The translations under genes and the position numbers were made by a program. 64,000 bases of DNA from Octopus vulgaris (taxonomy: Eukaryota), in contig OX597815.1 in NCBI GenBank assembly GCA_951406725.2, forward strand, positions 195,858,001 to 195,922,000, read 5' to 3'. This document shows, piece after piece, positions 13,219 to 26,318 of this stretch. Position 1 is the first letter of the stretch; each line of letters opens with the position of its first letter. A model generated the notes under the pieces. That model saw only the letters and a program-made list of their open reading frames with translations. It made no database searches and was not told the DNA's origin.

Positions 13219-13452
13219 GGCGGCGAGCTGGCAGAAACGTTAGCACGCCGGGCGAAATGCGTAGCCGTATTTCGTCTGTCGTTACGCTGTGAGTTCAAAT
13301 TCCGCCGAGGTCGACTTTGCCTTTCATCCATTCGGGGTCGATAAATTAAGTACCAGTTACGCACTGGGGTCGATGGAATCGACTTAATACCTATGTCTGT
13401 CCTTGTTTGTCCCATCTATGTTTAGCCCCTTGTGGGTAATGAAGAAATAGGT
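13219..13452 (+). mobile_element. SINE family B
   Basis: Full copy; ggtattgca occurs on both flanks. Confidence 0.9.
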
Positions 13453-13459
13453 ATTGCAC

Positions 13460-14465
13460 TGATTGGCTCGAATTGGTGGAAAAGACTCCATTCTTTCTGT
13501 CAAAAATCTCAACAGCAGTTATGCCGTCATCATCACTGCGATATTGGTTCCCGGTCAAGAGTTTTTTTATGTTGTGGGGAACGAATCAGGTGAAAAGCGA
13601 GGATGATCAACCGGTTCAAAGCCACAGTCACAAACGGCAGCCATTGAACCAAGATCTTACGCACTGGAGCATTGTACTGATTGAACAAGAACTCGTTCGT
13701 CATTTTTCTTACCATTTGATCTTGATAGCCTTTCGTAACTGCCTTGTCAGTTTGGCATAGTACTCTCCATTAATGTTCTGGCCCTTTTGAAAATTGTCAA
13801 TAAGCACAATGCCACACAATGCCTTTCGCATCCTGAAAAAATCTGAGGCCATCAACTTCCATGCAGATGAAATGACCTTGGCCTTTTTTGGGTGTGTGAA
13901 GAGGGTGTTTCTACTTCATGGATTGTCTCTTTCCCTCTGGCTTAAAGTGATGAAACCAACACTCATCCCTGGTTAGGAATCCAAATGGAACGTCCTCAAA
14001 CAATGTCAGATTTCTCCGTGATGTGATAAGAGCGATTTTGATGAAATGTCAAAAGATACCCAACGAGTACGGACCTTTGTTATGCTATGTTCATCATGCG
14101 GAACATCCTGAAGTCTCTCTCGGAATATGATATTGTCCTAGGGTATTTTACAATCAATCGCTTTTCATCCATATTTATGTGGAGAACATGATTAATACTT
14201 CCTCGGTAGTTATAAATTGCAGGATGTCCAGACACTCGGTCGTCTCCCCCTCCTCATTTCAGTTGCCTACACTTTCACTCTTGATAATGCTAGAGGGTCA
14301 TTCCCTAATGTAGCAACCATGTCAGCATGAATGACGTGGGGAATAAACCTTTTTTTCTGAAGTTACATGATGATATCATGAGGCCAAATTTTGTCCATTT
14401 TCAAGAAAAGTCGCAAGTAGATATATCTGAAATTTTCTTTGAACAGTCAGGTGACAGTGTACCTG
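13460..14465 (-). pseudogene. Decayed mariner (Tc1/mariner) transposase
   Basis: Frameshifted fragments match mariner motifs: IHADMVATLG, RDECWFHHFKPE (TxDETW), LIDNFQKGQNINGEYYA, LFNQYNAPV (HQDNAPAH), DHPRFSPD (HPPYSPDL). Confidence 0.85.
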
Positions 14466-14544
14466 GAAAGGAATTGTACCATTATTATAAAGAGTTGAAA
14501 TTAATACACGCAAGATTTCATAACTTCATACGTTCTTACTTGTG

Positions 14545-14890
14545 ACGGTGTTCACCCGGGGCGGGTTGAGCCAGCTTCTACTCTATAGAAGAAGTTTCGT
14601 GGGAATATTGAATTCACAAGCAGTCCCCGACAACCCGCATGCATATCCCGAGTGTGTTTGCCGCGGAGTCTCCGCAGACGCATGGACAGAACGACCTCTA
14701 AGCCGCCGGTTGCCGATCAGACGTCTCTTGGTATTTTCCCCAGAGCCCAATTGGCTGGGTTGCTGCCTTAATACCGCTCGATACCAGACCAATCTGCCTT
14801 GGGTGGCCCTACCAGGAACCGAAGTTTCCGACGGCATAGCTCTGACACTGCCCGTTTACACAGCCCTACCGCTTTGAGGAGGAGTTGGAC
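14545..14890 (-). mobile_element. RTE-clade LINE 5'-UTR fragment
   Basis: gagctatgccgtcggaaacttcggttcctggtagggccacccaaggcagattggtc resembles the conserved RTE/BovB-type 5' motif (gagctatgcc...tagggycaccca...ggtc), recalled. Confidence 0.6.
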
Positions 14891-15202
14891 TTTAGGGTAG
14901 ATAACTTCATAGTCCTTCATAGTGAGCGAATGAACTTTACAGAACACCACCGTAGGATTTCGATAAGAGAAAATGTCACACACAGTATAGAGGTAGAAAA
15001 AATAAAGGTAACTACATGCACACAAGAAAGGACATATTTAACGGGTGCGCACACATAGACAAATACATTTTAACTCACTCGCAGTTATTACGTATGTAGC
15101 TTTACGTAGAAACGTGTGTCTGTGTATGTGCGCGCGCGAGTTTGGTCGTGTGCGCTTGTTCACGTGTGTGTATTCGTCACTGTATGCAACCCAATGTCAT
15201 TA

Positions 15203-15588
15203 AAAGGAAGCACTCCGTCGGTTACGACGACGAGGGTTCCGGTTGATCCGAATCAACGGAACAGCCTGCTCGTGAAATTAACGTGTAAATGGCTGAGTAC
15301 TCCACAGACACGTGTACCCTTAACGTAGTTCTCGGGGATATTCAGCGTGACACAGAGAGTGACAAGGCCGGCCCTTTGAAATACAGGTACAACAGAAACA
15401 GGAAGTAAGAGTGAGAGAAAGTTGTGGTGAAAGAGTACAGCAGAGATCACCACCATCCCCTGCCGGAGCCTCGTGGAGCTTTAGGTGTTTTCGCTCAATA
15501 AACACTCACAACGCCCGGTCTGGGAATCGAAACCGCGATCCTATGACCGCGAGTCCGCTGCCCTAATAATTGGGCCATTGCGCCTCCT
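15203..15588 (-). mobile_element. SINE family C (tRNA-derived head), full copy
   Basis: 12-bp TSD ccaatgtcatta (15191-15202, 15589-15600); B-box ggtttcgattccc; near-identical to 46745-47073. Confidence 0.92.
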
Positions 15589-16047
15589 CCAATGTCATTA
15601 CTGTCTTTGAAAAATATCCTTCGGAGACATGAAACAATCAAGTCAAATTATCACGCTTTAAGACTAGCTAATTAATCAACTCTCAGATATCTATAATCGC
15701 TTCCATTTAAATTTAAATATTTTCATTGTTTTTTTCCAACCATTTAATATCTCATATTTTTCACGAATACCATATTGGTTACCTGCTTCCTTGCTAACCT
15801 GTTGAAGCAGCAAATTAAAATGAAAATTCTGTGCTATAAATTCGACAGGTAAATACGAAAATGAAGTAGATGCTATCTGATTACTTAATTCCAACCAGTT
15901 CTAAATTCCAATATTCGAAGTCTTCTATAGATTAGGCTACTTTAATTTTTTTTGTTTTTGAGAATTTATAGTATAACGAAGTACGCAAGCATGCGTATAA
16001 ATAAATGTATGTGTGTGTATGGATGGATGGATGAACACATGTGTGTC

Positions 16048-16103
<56 letters not shown>

Positions 16104-16161
16104 ATGTATATTTATGTATATATATATATATTCATATATATGTATGTATATATATTTATAT

Positions 16162-16217
<56 letters not shown>

Positions 16218-16597
16218 ATGTATATATATGCGTATGTGTGTGTGTGTATACATGTTTGTATGTAGGTTCATATGGAAGCTTTAAGTGGATGTATTCATAT
16301 TAACATAATTGGTTTCAGAATTTCATGAAAGAAGTGAGAGGTGTATGAACTCGGAAAAATCACCATAATTGTGTTAGGAAACATAAACCACAAGAGAGAA
16401 CAGTTCAAGAAAATCATTTCATAGAAATTATCTGTCTGTGCGTATGTATACACGCTAGGCCTATATATATATATATATGAATATATGTATATATGTATAT
16501 ATATATATGTGTATATATATATATATATATGCATATATATATATATGTATATATATATATGTATATATATATACATATATATATACATATATATGTA

Positions 16598-16641
<44 letters not shown>

Positions 16642-16732
16642 CATATATATATATAAAATCAATGACAATTACAATGAATACGAAGATTACCACACTTACA
16701 CACACACATACATATATATGTATGTATATATG

Positions 16733-16788
<56 letters not shown>

Positions 16789-17574
16789 TTTTACAGTTTA
16801 TTGTGCAGCATATTTACTTTAAATTTGTTCGAAGCACGTTTCTGCCACATAGAATATTAGCAAATGCTATTTTCGAATGTTTTGCAGTCTATGCAAGTCT
16901 ATTCAAGCTCTGTCCTTATACCTCATATATTTAATTTTAAACCACGAAGCTCACGAACTATTAGTTCAACTAAGACAAAGATTAAAAGAATACACTTCGA
17001 CCTACTTAAAGGTCTAGATCTAACATCCTGAACTTAAACCTAAGGTCGAGATGAGATCAACCATTTAGTAGTTTTTATAGCCATATCAAGTTTCTAAATC
17101 TTCTCGCTTTCTTTTCTTTCACAAACCATAGTAACCTTGGAAAATAACGTTAGCCAAGCATAGATATACTTAGTTTGGTTCGGACCACATTCATGGACAG
17201 ATCTTGAATACAAGTAACATAGACTGCTCACCAGTAGAGCACAGTTGGATGCAAATGCAGCTGCTCATTTTCACTGCAGCAGAAATGTTCGTCGGACAAA
17301 TTTAACCCACATATGCATCATTATTTACTGTTAGAAAAAAGAAACAGATAAGCAGTTGTAATAATCGCCGTATTCAATATACTTTTGTTGGATATATAAT
17401 CAGGAAATTATTCATAATCCCACAAATTTCACCCTAGATCAATTGCATCAATTACAGTGAAATTATTTCCACTAAATAATCCTAGGTGGTCCCTACAACT
17501 TGATACAGTTAAATTGGCCTAGTTTATTGCTATCAAGGACCACATAGTATATGCACCAGGATCGAGCAACTATA

Positions 17575-17880
17575 AAAGGAAACGCCACCGCAAGACCTTA
17601 TGGTTCGTTCCCCATTTCTCCCTAAACGTCCGGACATGTGTAGGTAATATTTCTCTTAGGTTGGGGGATAAGTGTTTTACGCGATCGCCCAAATATAGAA
17701 TAATCTTTAAAGATATAATTTAAGGATCTCTTTCAGTTTTGCACCCAATGTTAAGAAAAAATTACTTAGCAATCCTAAACCACGGACAGAGCCAGATTGG
17801 TCATGCAAGATTAGAAAGGAATACCCAGTGGACGGTCGATGTAACACCAAGGCTACAGTGCACTAAGCAAATGTAGCTTC
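17575..17880 (+). pseudogene. Decayed Naiad-type Penelope-like fragment
   Basis: KRHRKTLWFVPHFSLNVRTCVG...SCKIRKEYPVDGRCNTKATVH aligns by eye to RTRKVLWFNPAFNLAVKTNIG...CPLEGKCLVKGVVY of the 61781..63019 ORF. Confidence 0.75.
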
Positions 17881-17974
17881 AAACAGGAGCATCACAAATA
17901 TCAGTAACATCAATGCCAACACAGGGACACGCACTAAAATTTATCAACCCACAACTTCATCAACTCCAACCTGT

Positions 17975-18990
17975 CCATTGGCTACGTTGAAGCACAAATA
18001 TTCTCACGATTCACTGGTCCCAATTCCGAAGTATACGGTTGTTATATTGATGACCATATCGGTTCCACCTCAATCTCTCGCGAACAACTATACTTCCTTT
18101 CTTTTGTCCAATACTTTCATCCTGCTCTCAAATTCTTCTGCACTATTTCCAGCACTTCCGTCGCATGTCTTGACATTTTTGTCTCCATACACTACTCTGC
18201 TCTCAATACCACAACAAACACACAAACTGAGACCCCTACCTTGACTTCTCCCACCCTACTGACACCAAACTCTCCAGCCACTACTCCTAATTCCATCGTC
18301 TGCGCAGGCTCTGCAGTGACAACCATAACTTTGAGACTCAATCTCAAGTCATGGCTCGCCTGTTCACCCCTCACCTCTATCCACACGGCCCTTGCTAGAA
18401 CACGTTCGGTGGTCAAGCAGGACTCCGCTTGACTGACCCGTTCGTGGCGCACCTCCTGGACATCAGTCTCGGCAATGATACTCCGGTCTCGCGCCATTTC
18501 CACTCTACCGGTCATTCCCTACAACACCTGTCTGTGTTCCGACTGTCTTTGCACATGGTCCATCCGGACTCCCACCTTCACTGTGAATTGGACCTAATAT
18601 TCTCTCTTCGCTCCTTTGCGCCGCGGGGCTCAACTCCCCTTTTCCCATCACTAGCCTCCACACACACACACAGAAACACACACGCACACACGCACACACA
18701 TTCTCACATGCAGACACACGCATGTACACTTTCGTTTTCAGATCTCAAATACTTTATTATCTACCTTCTTTCAACCTCTTCTTTCAAACATTTTTCTAAT
18801 TCGTCGTCAAGCTTGACCATTAAAAGCGCATTTTTCTTTTACTGTTGTCTCACAGTTTATTTTCTCTTATTTCTTTCTGCTGAAGAGCATAGCCTCGTAG
18901 CGTAAATGACTTTTTCACTTTCGCGAGCGTCAAATACCTGCGAGTTCTTCATACACCTAGACAGGTGTAGGAAGAACAAGCAGGTGTTTG
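17975..18990 (+). mobile_element. Decayed Neptune/Poseidon-type Penelope-like element (RT plus GIY-YIG pieces, hammerhead tail)
   Basis: GYVEAQIF...YIDDHIG (18043-18054)...FHPALKF, then GIY-YIG C-terminus DTPVSRHFHSTGHSLQHLSV...ELDLIFSLRSFAPRG; family 2 hammerhead-like motif at 18873-18909. Confidence 0.8.
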
Positions 18991-19302
18991 ACGCTTGTTT
19001 CTGTTTTATCTGTAGATCTCCACTATATACATGCATTCATACACACATACAATTGTATAAATATATGTGTCGTTGCAATTATGTTAAATTGACGTATGTC
19101 CAAATTTGGCCGAATGCGTTTTTAATTTTTCAATATTTAATTCCGCTTGCAATAGACGGTCATTTCGGTCAAACTACTGTATCTCCAGCTGCTTCAAAGT
19201 GTACTACAACGGTTGAGCATTTTTCTAAAGTGTAAAAAGTCACACATACGACAATGTTTGTACATGTTTGGAGTTACGATTTTATGCACCGCACTAAGCA
19301 AT

Positions 19303-20063
19303 ATTTATTTCTTTATTGCCCACAGGAAGCTAAATATAGAAGGGACAAACAAGGACAGATAAAGGGATTAAATCGATTACATCGATCTCAGTGCCTAACG
19401 TATAAGGAACTTATTTAATCGACCCCGAAAGGATGATAGACAAAGTCGATCTCGGCGGAATTTGAAATCAGAACATAACGGCAGACGAAATACCGCTAAG
19501 CATTTCACTCGACATACTAACGATTCTGCCAGCTCGCCGCCCTAAGTATTATTTATTTCTTTATTGCCCACAAGGGGCGAAACATAGAGTGGACAATCAA
19601 GGACACACAAAGGCATTAAGTCGATTACATCGACCCCAGTGCGTAATTGGTACTTAATTTTTCGACCCCGAAAGGATGAAAGGCAAAGTCGACCTCGGCG
19701 GAATTAGAACTCAGAACGTAAAAACAGACGAAATACCTGTTTCTATTTCTTTACTAAGCACAAGGGGCTAAACACATAGGGGACAAACAAGGACAGACAA
19801 ACGGATTAAGTCGATTATATCGACCCCAGTACGATATTTAATCGACGCCGAAAGAATGAAAGGCAATTTAATAGACTTACTTAATCGACCCCGAAAGGAT
19901 GAAAGGCAAACTCGATCTCGGCGGAATTTGAACTCACAACGTAACGGCAGCCGAAATACCGCTAAGCATTTCGCCCGGCGCGTTAGCGTTTCTGCCAGCT
20001 CGCCGCCTTGCAGACGAAATACCACTAAGCATTTCACCCAACGATTCTGCCAGCTCGACGCCC
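19303..20063 (-). mobile_element. Cluster of three SINE-B copies, one nested in another
   Basis: Repeated family B bodies; 13-bp duplication cagacgaaatacc at 19725-19737 and 20011-20023. Confidence 0.9.
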
Positions 20064-20245
20064 TAAATATTATGGTTAAGCTGAAACTGTTGCTAATGTA
20101 AAAAGAAATGGAATGGCGAAACTATTTCTTCATTTTCTGAAAAAGCAACGATACTTTTGCATAAGAGCAACGATATATACTATAGTTATAACTATAGTAT
20201 ATACTATAGTTATTACTGAAGAGTCGCGTTGCTTAGTGTCTAGGG

Positions 20246-20464
20246 CAGTGCTTTTCAAACGTTTTGCTGGAGCGGAACCCCAAGGAAACATTCCACTGGC
20301 TCAAGGAACCCCTGTGCAATAATTTAATAGTCTTATGCGCACATATCTGCACAGGAGAATTAAAAATCACTGCCGATTTTAGCAGTTTTGTAACTTCTTG
20401 CGGAACCCCTGGACTGTACTGGCGGAACCCTAAGGTTCCGCGGAACCCTGGTTGAAAACCACTG
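20246..20464. mobile_element. hAT (Charlie-like) MITE
   Basis: TIRs cagtgcttttcaa / ttgaaaaccactg; perfect 8-bp TSD gtctaggg (20238-20245, 20465-20472). Confidence 0.92.
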
Positions 20465-20817
20465 GTCTAGGGTGTTGCATTCATGTTTAGTATGATTTTG
20501 GTTTCCACTCTTGGACGAGGTGAGGCGTTCTGTTCTTGAGCCAAACATTTAATTTCACATTACAATAGTACAGTCAACTGGTTAAAATGAGTAATTCTGA
20601 GACATGCCGGTGTCCTGACTAGAGGGGAATATACACGCCACATATTTCGGAAAACAATATTTACGGGCCTGTGGCACACGAATAACCTGTTATCTTTGTC
20701 ATAGATATTAATAGTTGCAAAATGCTGAAACGTAATGTCATAGGTTGGCATCAGCAGCCTGTACAGCAGAAACAGAATTTAGTGATTGGAGTAAAAGAAC
20801 GTCCATTTATTTATGTT

Positions 20818-20893
20818 GCAGGGATATGTCTTGGTCGTTAAGAGCGCGGGATATAACCCCAAGATTCCGAGTTCGATCCCACCCAGTGACCAG

Positions 20894-20970
<77 letters not shown>

Positions 20971-21111
20971 CGTAAATTTCCTCAAGACACCTGATCGAGG
21001 CTGGAGATTATATCAGCCGAAACGTCGTGTTAACATCAAACACGATGAGGACAAATATCCGTAAAATGTAAATAATGTACTTAATTCCTCATCTCTGAAA
21101 CACAGAACGGT
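20818..21111 (+). mobile_element. tRNA-headed hammerhead-bearing SINE-like element, copy 2
   Basis: Degenerate A-box tgtcttggtcgttaagagc, B-box gagttcgatcc (20869-20879), (AAT)n(AAC)n, hammerhead, tail shared with 7850-7931. Confidence 0.75.
20986..21031 (+). ncRNA. Minimal type I hammerhead ribozyme motif (family 1)
   Basis: gacac-CTGATCGA-ggctg(gagattatat)cagcc-GAAA-cg-TC-gtgtt: stem I gacac/gtgtt, stem II ggctg/cagcc, GUC cleavage triplet; one extra base in the CUGANGA box. Confidence 0.75.
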
Positions 21112-21240
21112 AAAGCATTCTGATCATATTGGCACAAATATTTCCTCGCTTTATTCAACCGCTTAACACAATAAATTTACTTTTGACATGCACCTAGATC
21201 AATTCGCACGCACATTCACATAGATTCATATACACACACA

Positions 21241-21258
21241 TATCTATCTATCTATCTG

Positions 21259-21355
<97 letters not shown>

Positions 21356-21425
21356 TTATCTCTCTATCTATCTATCGATCCATTCTATCTATCTATCTCT
21401 GTCTCTCTCTCTGTCTGTATGTATG

Positions 21426-21495
<70 letters not shown>

Positions 21496-21500
21496 AGTAT
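21241..21500. repeat. (TATC)n, (TA)n and (TG)n compound microsatellite
   Basis: Direct reading. Confidence 0.95.
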
Positions 21501-22182
21501 ATGAGTATGTATATCTATATACATATATGTTTATTATGTATACACTTTCTACATTAGATATTATATTTTATATACTTACATTTATTTATTATATATACAC
21601 ATATATTCATATTTACTTACAAATATATAGGTGTGTGTGCGTAGGTGTGTATGGAAGGAGAGAAAGAGAGTAACAAAACAGATAATTGAAAAGAGAAAAT
21701 GAAAGAAGAGGGCGAATTGGAAAAAAAACCCTAAAAACAATGTATGAAGGAAATAAAGAAATGATCATCAAAAATACGATATCCGATAATAAGATCAGTG
21801 GATGAGCATCTAAAAATGTTACAAGATATAATGCTCCGAGATAGACACCAAAACAAATAAGAAGGATACATTAATAGAAGATACGAGTTGAGGAATAAAG
21901 AACTTGTAAAGAAAATTGGAGGAAGAATGAAGAAACAGATTATGTTGCGTTTGCTTTTTAATATAATTATAGCAGATTTAATAAAGAAGCAAATAACAAG
22001 CAAACAGAAACAAAGCGAGGAACAATGATAATATCAAAAACAAGAAGAGATATATAAAGAAAACCTATGATATCCAAAGATAAAATTGTTGACATTAAAA
22101 CAAAAGGCTAATTATACAAAAGATAGAAAAAGGAAAAGAAATAGATACATAAACATAGGCAAATTTGATATGTATCAAAACG

Positions 22183-22272
<90 letters not shown>

Positions 22273-22339
22273 ATATATATATATATATATACCATAGCTT
22301 TTGATATACATACATATACATACATTTTGATATATATAT

Positions 22340-22386
<47 letters not shown>

Positions 22387-22389
22387 ATA

Positions 22390-22520
<131 letters not shown>

Positions 22521-22963
22521 CATACCTTTTGATATATATATAAACATATATATATATATATGTGTATGTATGTGTGTATTTCATAATGTATATAGCTGAA
22601 ACTGATCGCGAACATCATTGTAACATGGTTTATTCTCTTTGTTGTTCACAGAAACACCGAATGAATGAACACGCTCAATTTGTATTCAGAAGATAAGGTT
22701 TAATAGAAATTTAATGCACATATATGTTCGTCTCTCCTTTTGCATATTATCATTCAAAATATTTAATACGCACCAGAACAAAGCAATGCAGGTGTACTAC
22801 TAGGAATAAACAATAACACATCTAGAAATAAACCTGAATACTTAAATAAGCAAGTATTCATTTTATGTAAAGGTGGTATTATAGTTTCATAACGTAAATA
22901 AAATGACAAGCTAGTAACATGCTTCAAGCTCGCTTGTGATATCATTTCTGGTCCTCGTGGTAA

Positions 22964-23362
22964 TCTTTATATATAAAAGAGAGGTTGTGTGCTGTCTGTC
23001 TCCTACGATTTAGATTCTTAACTACTCCCACATTTTGCAGTGCAGTTTAACCAAAACCGGGTATCTTATAGTCGTGATTCATATCGAGCCCTTCTGGGTA
23101 TTAGCGCGCGTCTACGATGAGTCTACGATTTTAAAAAAAAATTTACCATCAATTTTTCCCATTTTAATGCATTTTGGGCATATATAAGGGAAGTAACTCT
23201 CTAAAAATTTATTATTAAATCTCAGAACGTAAAAAGCTACAGTAACCTCCCCCCCACTTTGTAGTTAGCCATATTGAGATGGCTATTATACTTTACATCT
23301 CTAAAAATGCTTATATAGCTATTTCCCTTACAAACCCGAGCAACGCCGGGCGATACTGCTAG
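22964..23362 (+). mobile_element. Non-autonomous Helitron-like element, family H2
   Basis: A|TC start, hairpin cccgagcaacgccggg, ends CTAG|T; 3' end shared with 59630-60019. Confidence 0.85.
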
Positions 23363-23799
23363 TGTTATTATAAACATCGTATACCCCTGTATTGTCGACG
23401 TCATGAAGTCTCCTGGCTGTTAAAGCAATTTTCCTAAATATTAATTTTAAGTAATATTTCTAATCAACATTTCTATTCAATACTTTTAAAAACAATGCGT
23501 ATGTCTGCGGTTGTTTATTCTGCATGCGCCTGTTCAGAGGCATACATATTGCAGGTAAGCACACTCATAGACATACTCATATGAACCAAGCCAGGTTTTC
23601 TTTTGAAAACGAGGCTGGGTTTATACGTTCGTAGTCGGAAACAAGCAACTTTGAGTACTTGAGTACTGGAAATCGAAGACTACAAGATATAATGTATAAA
23701 AACATAATGTACGTTTGTATTGAGTCCTTTAATTTATTGCTTATTATGACTAGACTATATATATTTGTAAAATCTTAAGAGGAGATCAGAGTAGAAACT

Positions 23800-24511
<712 letters not shown>

Positions 24512-25114
24512 TATAGACAGAATCACATTGAGAAGCAAATACTTGCTTGCCTTCACTCTCACTTTCTCTCACTTTTTCTGTCTCACTCTCCCTCACCCCT
24601 CTTTCTCTCCTCTCTCCACTCTCTCTTTCTACTGTTGAACAGCGTTCCCTAATATCAAGTTTGATACCATTTATATCAATGTTCATTTATAAATCTGGTA
24701 TCTTCTCGAAGCGTGCGTCAGTCAGACAGTGTATCCTCTCCGTGATATCAGAATAATTACTTGCCCAGTTTCTCATCTCCATTACGACATTTTCTGAAGT
24801 TCGACTCCCAAACATCTTGTTTTGCAATTATTGAGATGAATTGCACAAATCAAACATCAACTGTAACATTTCACCCAGCTCCAGAGAACTTGGGAGGTTA
24901 TTAACGCAGCCCACGCCGCTAAAATACACTATACAAAGATCTATTTAGTACTTTTATTAATTCCATCATCTTATTTTTCTCTCCTTCAATCTATATCGTG
25001 GCTTAAAAGTTACTAGAAATTCTTATCGGTTGTACTCTGAATAAACCTCTCGAAAAATATTTTCAGTGATAACATACCTAGGATATTATGTTACAATTAA
25101 ATATATATTTCGTC

Positions 25115-25324
25115 TATACGGACAGGTGTGGTTACTGGAATCACAGTGCATGTCATCATCATCATCATCATCATCATCATCAACAACAACAACAACATCG
25201 TCATCATCATCATCATCATCATCATCATCAACATCGTTATACGGACAGGTGTGGTTACTGGAATCACAGTGCATATCATCATAATCATCATTATTATCAT
25301 CATCAATATCATCATCATCATCAA

Positions 25325-25361
<37 letters not shown>

Positions 25362-25528
25362 GTCGTCGTCGTCGTCGACGTCGTCGTCGTCGTCGACGTC
25401 GTCGTCGTCGTACGTCGTCGTCGTCGTACGTCGTCGTCGTCGTACGTCGTCGTCGTCGTACGTCGTCGTCGTCGTACGTCGTCGTCGTCGTACGTCGTCG
25501 TCGTCGTACGTCGTCGTCGTCGTCATCA
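25115..25528. repeat. Compound (TCA)n/(TCG)n microsatellite with a duplicated 37-mer and a 16-bp higher-order unit
   Basis: tatacggacaggtgtggttactggaatcacagtgcat occurs twice; tacgtcgtcgtcgtcg x7 from 25411. Confidence 0.92.
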
Positions 25529-26022
25529 ATTACATGCTTTTAACGTCTACATCCTATAATTGCATGGCTTAAAAGGGAGTTGTTATTCAATCAAAATATT
25601 TGTACGCATTTTGCCTTATTTCAGTTCTTATTGCAATTCGGTCAATGAGTTTTTGTTTGCGAAGATCTAAAACGTTATCCTTGACAGGATTAAGCTTGTA
25701 TTTTTCTCTGCATTGCTTTCATCGAATCTGTTGAACACATAAGTCGCCAGTCAGTTTTTTGTGTTTTAAATGTAGCATGTTGTGAGAGGTGACCTTCGAT
25801 ATGAGTCCATAAATCAGCAGTACTCAGACACTGGACGAGTGCATGCTGAAGAATTTCGTCCATCTGTGCGCATCTTGGCTACGCTCGGTTGACGGCACTG
25901 CCATGCCTGTAGAGTTTACACCTGGAAATGCCCAGGCCCCAAAGAGGCTAGTCGGTTGAATTTTGTCGACTCCTAGGGTTTCACTGAGAACGTCATTCTT
26001 GTCCGCCACTAACTATTAACTG

Positions 26023-26318
26023 GAGGCACATGGTCTAGTGGTTAGAGCAGCGGACTCGCGGTCGAGGGATCGCGGGTTCAAATCTCAGACCGGACGATGT
26101 GTGTGTTTATGAGCGAAACACCTAAGCTCCACGTGGCTCCGGCAGAAGGCAATGGCGAAACTTCTGCTGTCTCTTTCGCCATAATTTTCTCTCACTCTTT
26201 CCTCCTGCATCTTGCAGCTCACCTGTGACGGACCGGCGTCCCGCCGCAGGTGGGAAACCTATACGCCAAAAACCGGGAAACCGGCCCTTATGAGTCAGGC
26301 ATGGCTCGAGAAGGAACA
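26023..26318 (+). mobile_element. SINE family D (head related to family C, different tail)
   Basis: A-box tggtctagtgg, B-box ggttcaaatc; 12-bp TSD aactattaactg (26011-26022, 26319-26330). Confidence 0.9.

Noticed and set aside
19303-20063. Regularly recurring units suggestive of a CRISPR-like array
   Set aside because: The units are ~200-bp SINE-B copies without unique spacers, in a eukaryotic context.
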